Below, piece after piece: positions 10,581-23,900 of a stretch of DNA of 64,000 nucleotides; position 1 is the first letter of the stretch; each line of letters starts with the position of its first letter. The DNA is from Mustelus asterias (lineage: Eukaryota). Where the stretch lies: assembly GCF_964213995.1 (NCBI RefSeq), contig NC_135808.1, forward strand, positions 22,940,001 to 23,004,000, written 5' to 3'. A program made the translations under genes and the position numbers. The notes beneath the pieces were generated by a model. That model saw only the letters and a list, made by a program, of their open reading frames with translations. It searched no databases and was not told the origin of the DNA.

Positions 10581-13500
10581 CCCGGGATACACACAGGACA
10601 CAGCTTGTCGAGTCCTGTTTGAAAAGTTACTGTGTTTGTTCAGGAAGGAATTGATTTGAAAAAGTGAAGAGTTGATCGGGCAGAGTTAAATTGAAAGGTA
10701 AAATGGTGCACAAAGAAACAGTATTTGGAGATTTGATGCTTGGATCAGAGTCGGGAGATTGGAATGTTTGGGAGAAAGTCGACAGGAAGAAACAAATAGT
10801 GAGAGATCACGGAGATGTGAGACCAAAGATTAGATTATTGAATCAGGATGAAGAAATGGATCTCGCTGCTTTTCAGAAATGGGCTGTTGATGTCTGGTTG
10901 GTGGAATATCAGAAGGTTAGAAAAATGAAATTGAAGAAACTCACAATAAAGTTTAAAATACTGTGTGAACAACCGGGTTGTTTATGTTCAGAGATATCCT
11001 GATTTGTAAACAAATTGTTCCTTTTACTAAATGAATATTCCTCCATTCTGTGCACAGATCTAAAGGATGTGAAGCAACCTGTGTCCATGTGGGTGACACG
11101 GTGGCACAGGAGTTGGCGCTGCTGCCTCACTATACCAGGGATCAAGGTTCAATTCTGGCTATGGCCAACTGTCAGTTTGGATAAGATGCTCTTTTGGAGA
11201 ATCAGCATGGAGGTGATGAGCTAAATGGCCTCCTTCTGCACTGTAGGAATTCTGTGGATTCTATGTGATGCAAGAGGTGAACAAAATTCAGGCTTACGCT
11301 GATAAGTGGACGATTACATTCACACCCACAAGTGCCAGGCAATGGCCATCTCTAACATTAGTGAAGCTAACTATCTCTCCTTGACATTTGGAGTTACAGA
11401 ATTGTTCTGGTGTTGACAGGCTATTTGGCCCATTGTCCTATAATTTTCAAGTTGAAGAAGTTTGTAGAAGTTTTGGAATTGAAACATGCTCTGTTGGAAA
11501 CTCCGCCCTCTGTAGTTGCAATGTAACAATCTTCAATGTTTCCTTTTCTGTTATTTGTGAAACGAGGTTTTCCCTTAGTTTCAACAACAGACATTAGTGA
11601 AGAAAGATGTGATGGAATTTATTTTATCCCCTTTTAAAAGACACGTTTTTAATGTTGAAAAGATCCAGAGTGAAACTTGAAGTGATGTGAGAAAGAATTG
11701 TGTGTACAGATGTGTGTGTGTCAACTCCCTGTTAGTGAATGAGGAAACGCTGTGTGAATGCTCTGCATTGCTGTTCCTTTAGGCCAGCTCCAACTCTGAT
11801 GTTTTTTCCTGAAAATGGTTAGGTCTAAAGGGGGAGAACAGTTTAAAAGTTTTTAAACTGGGAGCTTGTTGCCGCTACAATGAAACTCTGTTGAAACGGG
11901 TGAAACATGCGAGATTTCTAATCCAGATACAAATTCACATCTGTCAGAGTGGGGTCGTTTTTTTAAAGCTTTGATGGTGTAACTTCGAATTCAGGAGCTG
12001 AATTTAAGGTGATTGCTCATGGATTATTCTTGTGTTTAAAATCTTCATAAAAATCACCCTGGGGAACATTTGGCACGTTATCTTCCAATCCATTTTTCTC
12101 CAAGGTTTTTATTCGGAAGTATCCAGTTTGAAATGGTGAATCCACAAGACATGAAGAAATATCTTTGTTCTGCTGAAACCGCCATTACTCTGAGAACATT
12201 GTAACCCAGTCACATTTTAAAATCGCGGTGACAGTGAATTCCTTCACCGAACGTGTTCTAATTTAGAATTAACCCATTCAGCTCCGAGCAGAATAAACCT
12301 TTTCTGTTGTTTTAATAAAACACACACAGGTAACAATTGTGTCCAATACTGCAAAGTGTAACTATATTTCCAACAGTGACAAGAATTGGAAACTTATCTG
12401 CAGCTCCAAATGTCAGATCGCGGTGACAGTTTGATACAAAGGCTCTGATATTTCAATAATGTTTGTTATTTCCCCAGACAGAGTGCTTGGGAAGGGGGGA
12501 TGTGACATAAACACACTCACTAATGAATAACAGACATTAAAAGAAAAAATCAGGAAAGGGCAGAAGATATTGGAATTCATGAGTTCAATACAGATGAGAT
12601 TCGCTCCCGATTTCTCACACATTGCGGCGCGAGGCTGAATAAAATACTTGACTACATTCAAAACCTGTTATGAACAAAATGAGCGAGCCCGCGGCGCAAT
12701 CATCTGGGCTCTCGTCTCTGTGGCCTCACGGGAGAGGTTCACTCCAGCGAGAATCACAACAGGGACCAGACCCGATGCCTCGCTAGTGGATCCAGAAGCC
12801 ATTGAAGCCACCCCGAGAAGTTGGGGGGAGTGCCTTGCGGACAGTGCCAGCCTGGTATCTTGGAAGTGCCCACCAGGCAGTGGGAGTGGGAAGGGTGTGG
12901 AGCCTGATGATTTGGAGGGGGGCTCTACTGGGGTGGGACCAACCTGTGGTGATGGGGGCCGGGGGGGGGGGGGGGGGGGGGGCGCGGTGCGCTGCACGCT
13001 ATGCATTTGCAATTTGGGGTGTGAGGGGGCTACTGCCACTAAGTATTTGCCATCAGTGAGGGAAGTAGTGGGGGCTACTGCATTGCGATCGGTGGTGGGA
13101 TGGACAGGGAAAGTGGGTCCGAATTGGGGGGAGGGGGGTCACGGGGTTCAATCTGTCCCAGAGGCGCGGTTTGGTCTGTCCGGGCATGTAGGGGGTCACG
13201 GGGTCAATTGGTCCGACCATCAGGGTTCCATTAGGCAGCTGGGGAGTCCGTGTTTAGGCCATGGAGGTCTGGTGAAAGCAGCAGAGGCTGACTGACAGGT
13301 CTCTCTGTAGCTCAGAGCAGAGGGATCTGCACATGCGCAATGGTGTCCTCTGCTGCTTTCAGGCAGCATTCTGGTTATTTAAGACCTGCCCCCTCCCCCT
13401 ACAAGGGTGAGAAACAAGTGCATAAGATTGTAGATTTGGAGTCGCCAAAAGGCGGATCAGAAACTCTCCCATTTTCATGCTCTTTCTGGACAGAGAATTT

Positions 13501-13909
13501 TTTTCATAAGATCGTCCTCCAGTGACTGTGCAGAATAAACAGCTCAGATCAGAATAGCTTAGAAAGTGCAGCTCCAGAAAAAGCAATTACTTCCTAACCA
13601 TCATCACAGTTCCATTTAAACAGAATCACAAATGTGGAGCTTGAATCAGTCGGTCGCTGTCACCTTGATGAAATCACATCTTCCCTCATTCTCTCATCCT
13701 CTCCTGCTGCTGTTCTTGGGAACTGGTGTTCCTGGATTACAAACCCTGGAATGCACTGGAGGGCACTGGGGATGAGAAAGAAAAACTGAGGCAAAGCCAG
13801 CAGAGCTGGAACACACCCAACAAAACCCATCAGACCTCCACAAAAAACAGCAGCAAAATCCATCAGACCCCTCACGCCTAATAATGCAGAAACCTGGAAG
13901 AGATACAGA

Positions 13910-15540
13910 GAGAGGAATACTGGGAAAGGAGAGGGGGCACGACAAAATACTGGCAAGAAAAATCAAGGAACCTCCAAGGATGTTCTTTAAGTACCTGAAG
14001 AGAAAAGGATAAGGAAAGAGTAAGGCCTGGTGGAGACCAATAAGATAGTCTGTGAGAGAGGAGGGAGAATGTGTTGAGGTTGTGAATAAATATATTGCCA
14101 CTGTCTTTGGGAAACAGGGAGCAATGCTGATATTACACTTAAAGAAGAAGTGTGTGAATTACTGCATCAGATAAACACTGTAAGAGATGATGTATTCAGG
14201 GATTTTATAACTTTGAAAGATGGTAAATCACCGGGTTAAAAGAAGCAAAGGAGGGAATTGCAGAGGCTCTGATCATCAGAATCATTCCTCCCGGGCTACA
14301 GGAGTGTGGAAGAAGATTAAATGACTGCCAACATTACACCATGGATTGAAAAGAGAAGGGGCAATCTGAGTAATTATACACCAGTTAGTGTAACTTCGGC
14401 AGTGGGAACATTGTTGGAACCAATTATGGGGAACTGTACAAACCTTCATTTAGAAAGGCACAGATTAGTCGAGGAAAGTTAGCGTGGATTTAAGGGGAGC
14501 TCATCTCAAGCTTTCTGACTGAAAATTTGGAAGAGGTGAGAAGGAGGGTTGATGAGGGCAGTGAGGTGGACATGGTCAACATGCATTTTAATCATGCTTT
14601 GGACAAGGTCCCACATGGCAGGCTGGTCAGAAATGTAAAACTCATCGAGATCCAAGAGATATTGACAAATCAGACCCCAAATTAGCTCAGTGGCAGGAAG
14701 CAAAGGGTTAAGGGGTTGATTGCGACTAGAATGATGTCCATGATGTGGAGATGCCGGTGTTGGACTGACCATCACTCATCTGACGAAGGAGCAGTTCTCC
14801 GAAAGCTCGTGATTCCGAATTGGATTTTACCCTGATGTTGAGAGACTTCTCAGACCTAAACAAGACTTCTTGTTACCAGTGGGGGTTCCACAGGACCCAG
14901 CACTCACGCCTCACTTTTTGTAGTTCATGTGAATCATTTAGATTCAAATGCAGCAGGAATGATAAAGAAGTTGACAGAGGTACAAATATTATCTGTGTTG
15001 GTTTTTAGTGAAGAGGAAAGCTTCAGACTGCAGGAAGATAGAGATGGTCTGGGCAGTTGGGAAGAACATTGGAAAATGGAATTCAGTCCGGAGCAGTGAG
15101 AGGTGATGGATTTCGGGAGGATGAACAAGGCAAAGGGAATCCCCAATAACTGGGAGGATAATGAGTAATGTGGAGGAACAGAGGGATCCAGGAGTGCGTG
15201 TCCACAGATTGGGAAAGTTTTCAGGACAGGTTAATTACATGGTAAAGAAGGTACATAACATGCTTTTCTTTCATCAGTTGAGACAGACAGCAGAATGGTT
15301 TTGCTAGAATTGTAACAACACCAGACAGACGACAGCTGAAGCACTGTCTGAAAGGATGGTAGACGCAGAAACTCTCACCACATTGAATCAATTCTTGGAC
15401 GTCGAGTTGAAGAGCTGTGATCGACAGAGCTACAGATCAAGGACATGAGGTGAGATTAAGCAGGAGAGTTCTTCATGAACAGGAAGGGATATGATGGGCT
15501 GAATGGCCTCGCTCTCAATCATAAATATTCTATCCTTCAA
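13910..15540 (+). mobile_element. Old degenerate CR1 (paralog at 60350-61930, minus)
   Basis: Same family as 1-1230; interrupted by a Penelope-derived end. Confidence 0.75.
14776..14812 (+). ncRNA. Minimal type I hammerhead-ribozyme motif in a Penelope-derived fragment
   Basis: UCAU-CUGACGA-A-GGAG(CAGUU)CUCC-GAAA-GC-UC-GUGA. Confidence 0.6.
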
Positions 15541-15636
15541 CATTCCAACCACACACCAGCAGCAAATCCCATCAGACCTCCAAACACCAGCTAAACCCAG
15601 CAGACCCCAAACACTAGCAAAACCCATCAGACCAAG

Positions 15637-16550
15637 ATTGGTGGCATGGTGGACAGTGAGGAAGGTTATCTCCAATTGCAGCGTGATCTTGATCAATTGG
15701 GCCAGTGGGCTGACGAATGGCAGATGGAGTTTAATTTAGACAACTGCGAGGTGATGCATTTTGGTAGATTGAACCAGGGTAGCAGTTACTCAGTTAATGG
15801 TCGGGCATTGGGGAGAGTTACAGAACAAAGAGATCTAGGGGTACATGTTCATAGCTCCTTGAAAGTGGAGTCACAGGTGGACAGAGTGGTGAAGAAGGCA
15901 TTCGGCATGCTTGGTTTCATTGGTCAGAACATTGAATACAGGAGTTGGGACGTCTTGTTGAAGTTGTACACGGAATTGGTAAGGCCACACTTGGAATGCT
16001 GTATGCAATTCTGGTGACCCTATTATAGAAAGGATATTATTAAACTAGAAAGAGTGCCGAAAAGATTTACTCGGATGGTACCGGGACTTGATGGATTGAG
16101 TTATGAGGAGGGGCTGAATAGATTGGGACTTTTTTCTCTGGAGTGTAGGAGGCTAAGGGGTGACCTTATAGAGGTCTATAAAATAATGAGGGGCATAGAC
16201 AAGGTAGAGAGGCAATATCTTTTCCCAAAGGTCGGGGAGTCTAAAACTAGAGGGCATAGGTTTAAGGTGAGAGGGGAGAGATATAAAAGTGTCCAGGAGG
16301 TGCAATTTTTTCACACAGAGGATAGTGAGTGTCTGGAACAAGCTGCCAGAGATAGTAGTAGAGGCGGGTCCAATTTTATCTTTTAAAAAGCATTTAGATA
16401 GTTACATGGGTACGATGCGTATAGAGGGATATGGGCCAAATGCGGGCAATTGGGATTAGTTTCGGGGTTTTAAAAAAATATAAGGGCGGCATGGACAAGT
16501 TGGACCGAAGGGCCTGTTTCCATGCTGTAAACCTCTTTGACTCTGTGACC
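15637..16550 (+). mobile_element. 5'-truncated CR1 (paralog at 59333-60240, minus)
   Basis: WQMEFN, LVRPHLE and GHRFKV motifs. Confidence 0.9.
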
Positions 16551-19500
16551 ACAAACACCAGCAAAACCCATCAGACCCCCAAACACCAGCAAAACCCATC
16601 AAACTCCCGAAACACCAGCTGAACCCACAAGAGCCCCAAACACAAGCTAAACCCAACAGAGCCCCAAACACCAGCTAAACCCATCAGAGCACCAAACACC
16701 AGCTAAACCCATCAGAGCCCCAAACACCAGCAAAACCCATCAGAACCCCAAACACCAGCGAAACCCATCGGACCCTCAAACACCAGCAAAACCCATCGCA
16801 GCCCCAAACACCAGCAAAACCCATCAGATCCCCAAACACCAGCTAAACCCATCAGACCCTCAAACACCAATAAAACCCATCAGATCCCCAAACACCAGCT
16901 AAACCCATCAGAGCCCCAAACACCAGCTAAACCCATCAGAGCCCCAAACACCAGCTAAACCCATCAGAGCCCCAAACACCAGCTGAACCCATCAGAGCCC
17001 CAAACACCAGCTAAACCCATCATAATTCCAAACACCAGCTAAACCCATCAGAGACCCAAACACCAGCTAAACCCATCAGAGCCCCAAACACCAGCTAAAC
17101 CCATCAGACCCCCAAACACCAGCAAAACCCATCAAACCCCCGAAACACCAGCTAAACCCACAAGAGCCCCAAACACCAGCTAAACCCAACAGAGCCCCAA
17201 ACACCAGCTAAACCCATCAGAGCCCCAAACACCAGCTAAACCCATCAGAGCCCCAAACACCAGCAAAATCATCAGAACCCCAAACACCAGCAAAACCCAT
17301 CGGACCCTCAAACACCAGCAAAACCCATCACAGCCCCAAACACCAGCTAAATCCATCAGAGCCCCAAACACCAACTAAACCCATCAGAGCCCCAAACACC
17401 AGCTGAACCCATCAGAGCCCCAAACACCAGCTAAACCCATCATAATTCCAAACACCAGCAAAAACCATCAGAGCCCCAAACATCAGCCAATCCCATCAGA
17501 CCCCAAACACCAGCAAAATCCATCTGACCCCCAAACACCAGCGAAACACATCAGACCCCCAAACACCAGCAAAACCCGTCGGAGCCCCAAACACCAGTCT
17601 TTTAAGGAACAGTTGTTAGGGCTACAGTACAGGCATGTGCCTGTAAAAAAGGAAAGGAAGGGTAGGATTCGAGAACCGTAGATAACCAGGGAAATTGAGG
17701 GACTGGTCAAAAAGAAAAGAGAGGCGTATGTTAGGTCCAGGCAGCTAAAAACGGAGGGAGCTCTGGAGGAGTACAAAGAAAGTAGGAAAGAACTCAAATG
17801 GGGAATTAGAAGGTCAAAAAGGGGTCACGAAATGTCCTTGGCAGACAGGATTAAGAAGAATCCCAAGGCATTTTATTCATACGTTAGGAACAAAAGGGTT
17901 GTCAGGGAAAAAATCGGACCTCTCAGGGACAAAAGTGGGGAATTATGCTTGGAGCCCAAAGAAGTAGGGGAGATCCTAAATGAAGACTTTGCGTCAGTAT
18001 TCACAAAGGAGAGGGATGTGTTGATTGGGAGTGTCTCGGAGGGGAATGTTGAACCATTGGAGAAAATCTCCATTATAAGAGAGGAAGTGTTAGGTTTGTT
18101 AGAGAATATAAAGACTGACAAATCCCCAGGGCCTGATGGAATCTATCCAAGGCTGCTCAGGGAGACAAGAGATGAAATTACTGGGCCTCTGACGCAAATC
18201 ATTGTCTCGTCACTGGACGCAGGTGAGGTCCCAGAGGATTGGAGGATAGCTAATTGGAGGACCCGTTATTTAAGAAGGGTCGGAAGGATAACCCGGGTAA
18301 TTATAGGCCGGTAAGCTTGACGTCCGTGGTGGGGAAGTTGTTGGAGAAGATTCTTAGAGATAGGATGTATGCGCATTTAGAAAGGAATAAACTCATTAAT
18401 GATAGTCAGCATGGTTTTGTGAGAGGGAGGTCATGCCTCACTAACCTGGTGGAGTTTTTTGAAGAAGTGACCAGAATGGTTGACGAGGGAAGGGCCGTGG
18501 ATGTGGTCTATATGGACTTTGGTAAAGCGTTTAACAAAATCCCTCATGATAGGCTGGTGAAAAAGGTTGGATCTCATGGGATAAAGGGGGAGGTGGCTAG
18601 ATGGGTGGAGAACTGGCTTGGTCACAGAAGACAGAGGGTGGTAGTGGAAGGGTCTTTTTCCGGCTGGAGGCCTGTGACTCGTGGTGTTCCGCAGGGCTCT
18701 GTATGGGGACCTCTGCTTTTTGTGATTTATATAAACGATCTGGAAGAAGGTGTAACTGGGGTGATCAGTAAGTTTGCGGACGACACAAAGTTGGCAGGAC
18801 TTGCAGATAGTGAGGAGCATTGTCAGAAGCAACAGAAGGATATAGATAGGCTGGAAATTTGGGCAAAGAAATGGCAGATGGAGTTCAATCCTGATGAATG
18901 CGAAGTGATGCATTTTGGTAGAAATAATGTAGGGAGGAGCTGTACGATAAATGGCAGAACCATAAAGGGTGTAGATACGCAGGGGGACCTGGGTGTGCAA
19001 GTCCACAGATCCTTGAAGGTGACGTCACAGGTGGAGAAGGTGGTGAAGAAGACATATGGCATGCTTGCCTTTATAGGATGGGGCATAGAGTATAAAAGTT
19101 GGGGTCTGATGTTGCAGATGTATAAAACGTTGGTTCGGCCACATTTGGAATACTGCGTCCAGTTCTGGTCGCCACACTACCAGAAGGACGTGGAGGCTTT
19201 GGAGAGAGTGCAGAGGAGGTTTACCAGGATGTTGCCTGGTATGGAGGGGCTTAGTAATGAGGAGAGATTGGGTAAACTGGGGTTGTTCTCCCTGGAAAGA
19301 CGGAGGATGAGGGGAGACTTAATAGAGGTGTATAAAATTATGAAAGGCATAGATAGGGTGAACGGTGGGAAGGTTTTCCCCAGGTCGGTGGTGACGTTCA
19401 CGAGGGGTCATAGGTTCAAGGTGAAGGGGGGTGGAGGTTTAACACAGATATCAGAAGGACATATTTTACACAGAGGGTGGTGGGGGCCTGGAATGTGCTG

Positions 19501-20215
19501 CCAGGCAAGGTGGTGGAGGCGGACACACTGGGGAATGTTTAAGACTTGTCTAGATAGCCATATGAACGGAGTGGGAATGGAGGGATACAAAAGAATGGTC
19601 TAGTTTGGACCAGGGAGCTGCACGGGCTTGGAGGGCCGAAGGGCCTGTTCCTGTGCTTTATTGTTCTTTGTTCTTAAAACCTATCAGACCCCCAAACACC
19701 AGCAAAACCCATCAGATCCCCAAACACCAGCTAAACCCATCAGACTCCTTAACATCGGTTAAACCCATCAGACCCCCAAACACCAGCAAAACCCATCAGA
19801 CCCCCAAACAACAGCCAAACCCATCAGAACCCCAAACACCAGCTAAACCCATCAGGACCCCAAACACCAGCTAAACCCATCAGAGTCGCAAACACCAGCT
19901 AAACCCAGTAGAGCACCAAACACCAGCTAATCCCATCAGACCACCAAACACCAGCTTAACTCATCAGACCCCCAAACACCAGCAAAACCCATCAGACCCC
20001 CAAACACAAGCTAAACCCATCAGACCCCCAAACACCAGCAAAACCCATCAGACCCCCAAACAACAGCTAAACCCATCAGAACCCCAAACACCAGCTAAAC
20101 CCATCAGGACCCTAAACACCAGCTAAACCCATCAGAGCCGCAAACACCAGCTAAACCCAATAGAGTACCAAACACAGCTAATCCCATCAGACCACCAAAC
20201 ACCAGCTTAACTCCT
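16551..20215. repeat. ~28-bp satellite 3' of locus B, split by a CR1
   Basis: Arrays at 16551-17597 and 19675-20215. Confidence 0.93.
17598..19674 (+). mobile_element. Young 5'-truncated CR1 LINE with a long RT frame
   Basis: ORFs 17832-18314 and 18254-19603 (NYRPVSL, QHGF, GVPQGS, FADD); same subfamily as 3027-4641. Confidence 0.95.
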
Positions 20216-20637
20216 AAACTCTACTGCACACCCCAAACATCCAGCTAATGATCAGACTCATCACAAAACACGACTAAAATAAAAACCTGTGGGAGCGGCA
20301 CAGCTCAGTGACCAACTTCAGGGAAAAGTCTGGGAGTTACAAATTCCTTCAGGAAATTGAGCAGCTCAGAGGAGGCTGTCCAGGGTGAGATGTTTCCGGA
20401 TGTCTCTACAGGTCAAAACACACAATGTCTCCACCCTCAGACTGTACAGGAGCAGCCGTCTCCAGAAGGCCAGTCTCAAAGCTCAGTGTTGGATTGGATG
20501 AGCTGCTCTTTAGTGACGATGCAGCGAGAGACAGACACTGAGCTCACATCCCACCCACCCGATTGTACAGCTAAATCCAGCGGGAATATCCCAGTTAGAA
20601 GGATCAGCTCCCAATATTTATCAACACAGTTCATACC

Positions 20638-20997
20638 TCAGGTACTTGTGGAGGGTCTGGGTGAGGAATCCCCATCATCAGAAGCTGTTAAAGGAAGAAG
20701 AGGTGTTAAAACATTGTTCAACATCAGAGAGACAGAGGCAGAGACTGTGGATATGATAAAGAGAGAATGAGAGAGACAAAGACAGACAGACACAGAGGAA
20801 GAGGTTCTCACACACCCATACTAACGGCGACACACAGAAGCCCACACACCCACACAGAAACGCACGATGCACGCACGCGCACACACACACACACACTATA
20901 TTTGAAACAGAATGAACAATAATGTACACAGTGGCACAGGGACAATGTTTGATGATCAGCTTACTATTTGCAGGATTGTAGTCACTCTTCCCTCTCC
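20638..20997 (-). CDS. Locus B cytoplasmic exons 6 (20965-20997) and 7 (20638-20684)
   Basis: GRGKSDYNPAN + TSDDGDSSPRPSTST*. Confidence 0.85.
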
Positions 20998-23900
20998 CTG
21001 TAAAACATGGAATGCTCAGTGAGTGACGAGACTGAGAGAAAATCAGAGACAGAGGCTGGAACTCTCGCTCGTACTGAGCCCCGACAACACAATTCTGAAC
21101 CCTCACTCCCACCACGACCCGAGACCCTCACTCCCACCCTGACACAAGACCCTCACTCCCACTCTGACCCTGGACCCTCACTCCCATCCTGTCCCTAGAC
21201 CCTCACTCTTAGCTGAGCCCTCACTGATACCCTGAACTCCACATCCAATTTGAGACCCTTCCCACAATGCTGACACTCCCCCTTCATCATGAGCTCCTAA
21301 CTGTCCCTGTCCCCACCCTGCAGCTCTTCCACCCACCCACCACCCCCCCTCCCCACCCCCACACCAACCTGCGACCCACAGCCTGAGCCACCGCCACCCT
21401 GGAATACTCTCCCGGAATCCCTGCCCCCAGTGAGCTGTCATCCGGTGGATCTGACATCCATCATTATGAAATGATTCGAAAGGCTAGTCATGGCACGAAT
21501 CAATTCCAGCCTCCCGGACTGCCTGGATCCACTACAGTTCACCCACCGCTCTTTTCCCTCCAATTCCTACCTTTCTTGTTGTAGATGACGACAGCCACAA
21601 TGATGAGAGTGATGAGCACGAGGACCCCAACCACAATCCCGACAGTAACAGCAACCTGGGAGCGAGACTTTGGTTCTGTTAGAGAGAGAGAATCAGAGAG
21701 ACTGAGTGAATCAGGGAGAGGGATAAGTGTACATCAGAGGGAGACAGAGTGGGAGAGAATAGGAGACAGTGGGAGAGATAGGAAGAGAAGAGTGGAAGAG
21801 AATACGAGAGTGATGGAGAGAGAATGAATCGGAGAGAAAGAAAGAAATCAGAGAGCGAGAGAGAGAATTAGGAAACACAGGATATACGACACAGAAAACA
21901 ACCTTTCAGCCCATCCAGCTGATGCTGGTGTTAATGTTCCACCTGAACCTCTTCCCGTCTTTCCACATCTAATTCCACCATCTTAACTACCTATTCCCTT
22001 CTCTCTCAGTGACCTGTCTATCTTCCCCTTAAACTATACTGTTCAGTTCAGCCACTCCCTGCGGCAGCGAGCCCCACATTCTCATCACTCTTTGGGTGAA
22101 GAGGTTTCTCATCACTCTTTGGGTGAAGAGGTTTCATGAATTCCCCACTGGGTTTCTTGGTGAGTATCTTGTATTGATGACCTCTTGTTACGATCTTCCC
22201 ACAAGAGGAGACATTATCTCTGTATCCTGTCGATGAAAACCTTTCAGAATTTTACATCCTCGATTAGGTCAACCCTCAGCCTTCTGTTTTCCCGAGAGCA
22301 GAGACCCAGCCGGTCAATCCTTTCCTGAGATGTCCACCCACTCATTTCTGGAATCATCTCTGTAAATCTTCTCCACACTCTCTCCCCTGACTCTATATCC
22401 TTTGTGTGAAATGGTGACTGGAACTGCACACAATCTCTAAATGTGGTCTAACCAATTTTGATAAAGGTTTAGCAATAACTTACAATTGTACAAATTGTAA
22501 TTACTCATGTACAATTCTATCGCTCGAGAAATGAAACCTGGTTTTCTGTTTGTTTTGTTTATGGCCTTGTCTAACCTGTTACTGATTGGTGTATTTATCC
22601 ACCCAGATCCCTTTGTTCCTCAATCCCATCCAGACTGACACCTTCCTCGTAATAAGTGACCTCCTTATCCATCCTTAACAGAAAACTACCTCACGTTTAT
22701 CTGTGCTGAACTCCAGACACCAATTATTTGCCCATTCTACAATTTTATTAATGTCCTACGAATTACCTGCAGTTCTCCTCAATATCAAATAATTCCCCCA
22801 ATTTGGTGCCATCTGCAAATTAAGAAATGGTATTTTTGATTCCAATATCCAAGTTATGGAGTGTAAGTTGTGAACAGCGATGATCCCAGCACTGATCCTT
22901 GTGGGACACCATTTCCCACCTTCCGTCACTCTGAATAACTCCCTTTACTCACACTCTCTGCTTTCTGTCTCAAAGTCAGTGAGTGATCCATTCTGTCACT
23001 TATCCCTAACTCCACATTCTCTGACCTTATCCATTCGTCTATCACCAGTCACCTTATCGATTTCATTTGAAAAATCATATTAAATTACATCCATTACATT
23101 ACCATTGACTCCTCCCTCTGTTACATCCTCACAAAATTCACAAAGTGGAGTAAAATAAGATTTTCCATTTCAAAATCCATGCTGATGATTCATTGTTATG
23201 TTATTTGATTTCTAGATTTTCATGAATTCTCTCCAATAGAAGGAGTTCCATTATTTTTCTGAAACTCTGATTTAATCTGACTGAACTAAACTTCCAGGAT
23301 GCACTGGGCTTTGTTGTACTGTAATATCCCAGGATGCACCGGGCACTGTTGTACTGTAATAATGATGTGGAGCTGCCGGTGTTGGACTGGGGTAAGCACA
23401 GTAAGAAGTCTCACAACACCAGGTTAAAGTCCAACAGGTAGCAGAAGCCACAAGCTTTCGGAGCACTGCCCCTTCATCAGGTGAGTGGGAGTTCTGTTCA
23501 CAAACAGGGCATATAAAGACACAAACTCAATTTACAAAATAATGGTTGGAATGCAAGTCTTTACAGCTAATCAAGTCTTAAAGGTACAGACAATGTGAGT
23601 GGAGAGAGGGTTAAGCACAGGTTAAAGAGATGTGTATTGTCTCCAGCCAGGACAGTTAGTGAGATTTTGCAAGCCCAGGCAAGTCGTGGGGGTCACAGAT
23701 AGTGTGACATGAACCCAAAATCCTGGTTGAGGCTGTCCCCATATGTGAGGAACTTGGCTATCAGTTTTTGCTCAGCGATTCTGCGTTGTCATGTGTTGTG
23801 AAGGCCGCCTTGGAGAACGCTTACTCGAAGATCAGAGGCTGAATGCCCGTGACTGCTGAAGTGTTCCCCAACAGGAAGAGAACACTCCTGCCTGGTGATT

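Noticed and set aside
12648-13295. Recurrent MTTFKTC... ORF in three copies
   Set aside because: TTG start; frames diverge by indels between copies; no recognisable domain; recurrence is explained by segmental duplication
16551-17597. Repeat arrays as CRISPR
   Set aside because: Head-to-tail units without unique spacers, no cas genes, vertebrate DNA
18254-19603. 449-aa RT as a host gene, retron or DGR
   Set aside because: Typical 5'-truncated CR1 ORF2 with frameshifts and a tandem 3' tail
20357-20770. Conserved antisense ORF (also 57834-58247, 40175-40504)
   Set aside because: TTG start, antisense to the last exon and 3' UTR; similarity follows from paralogy
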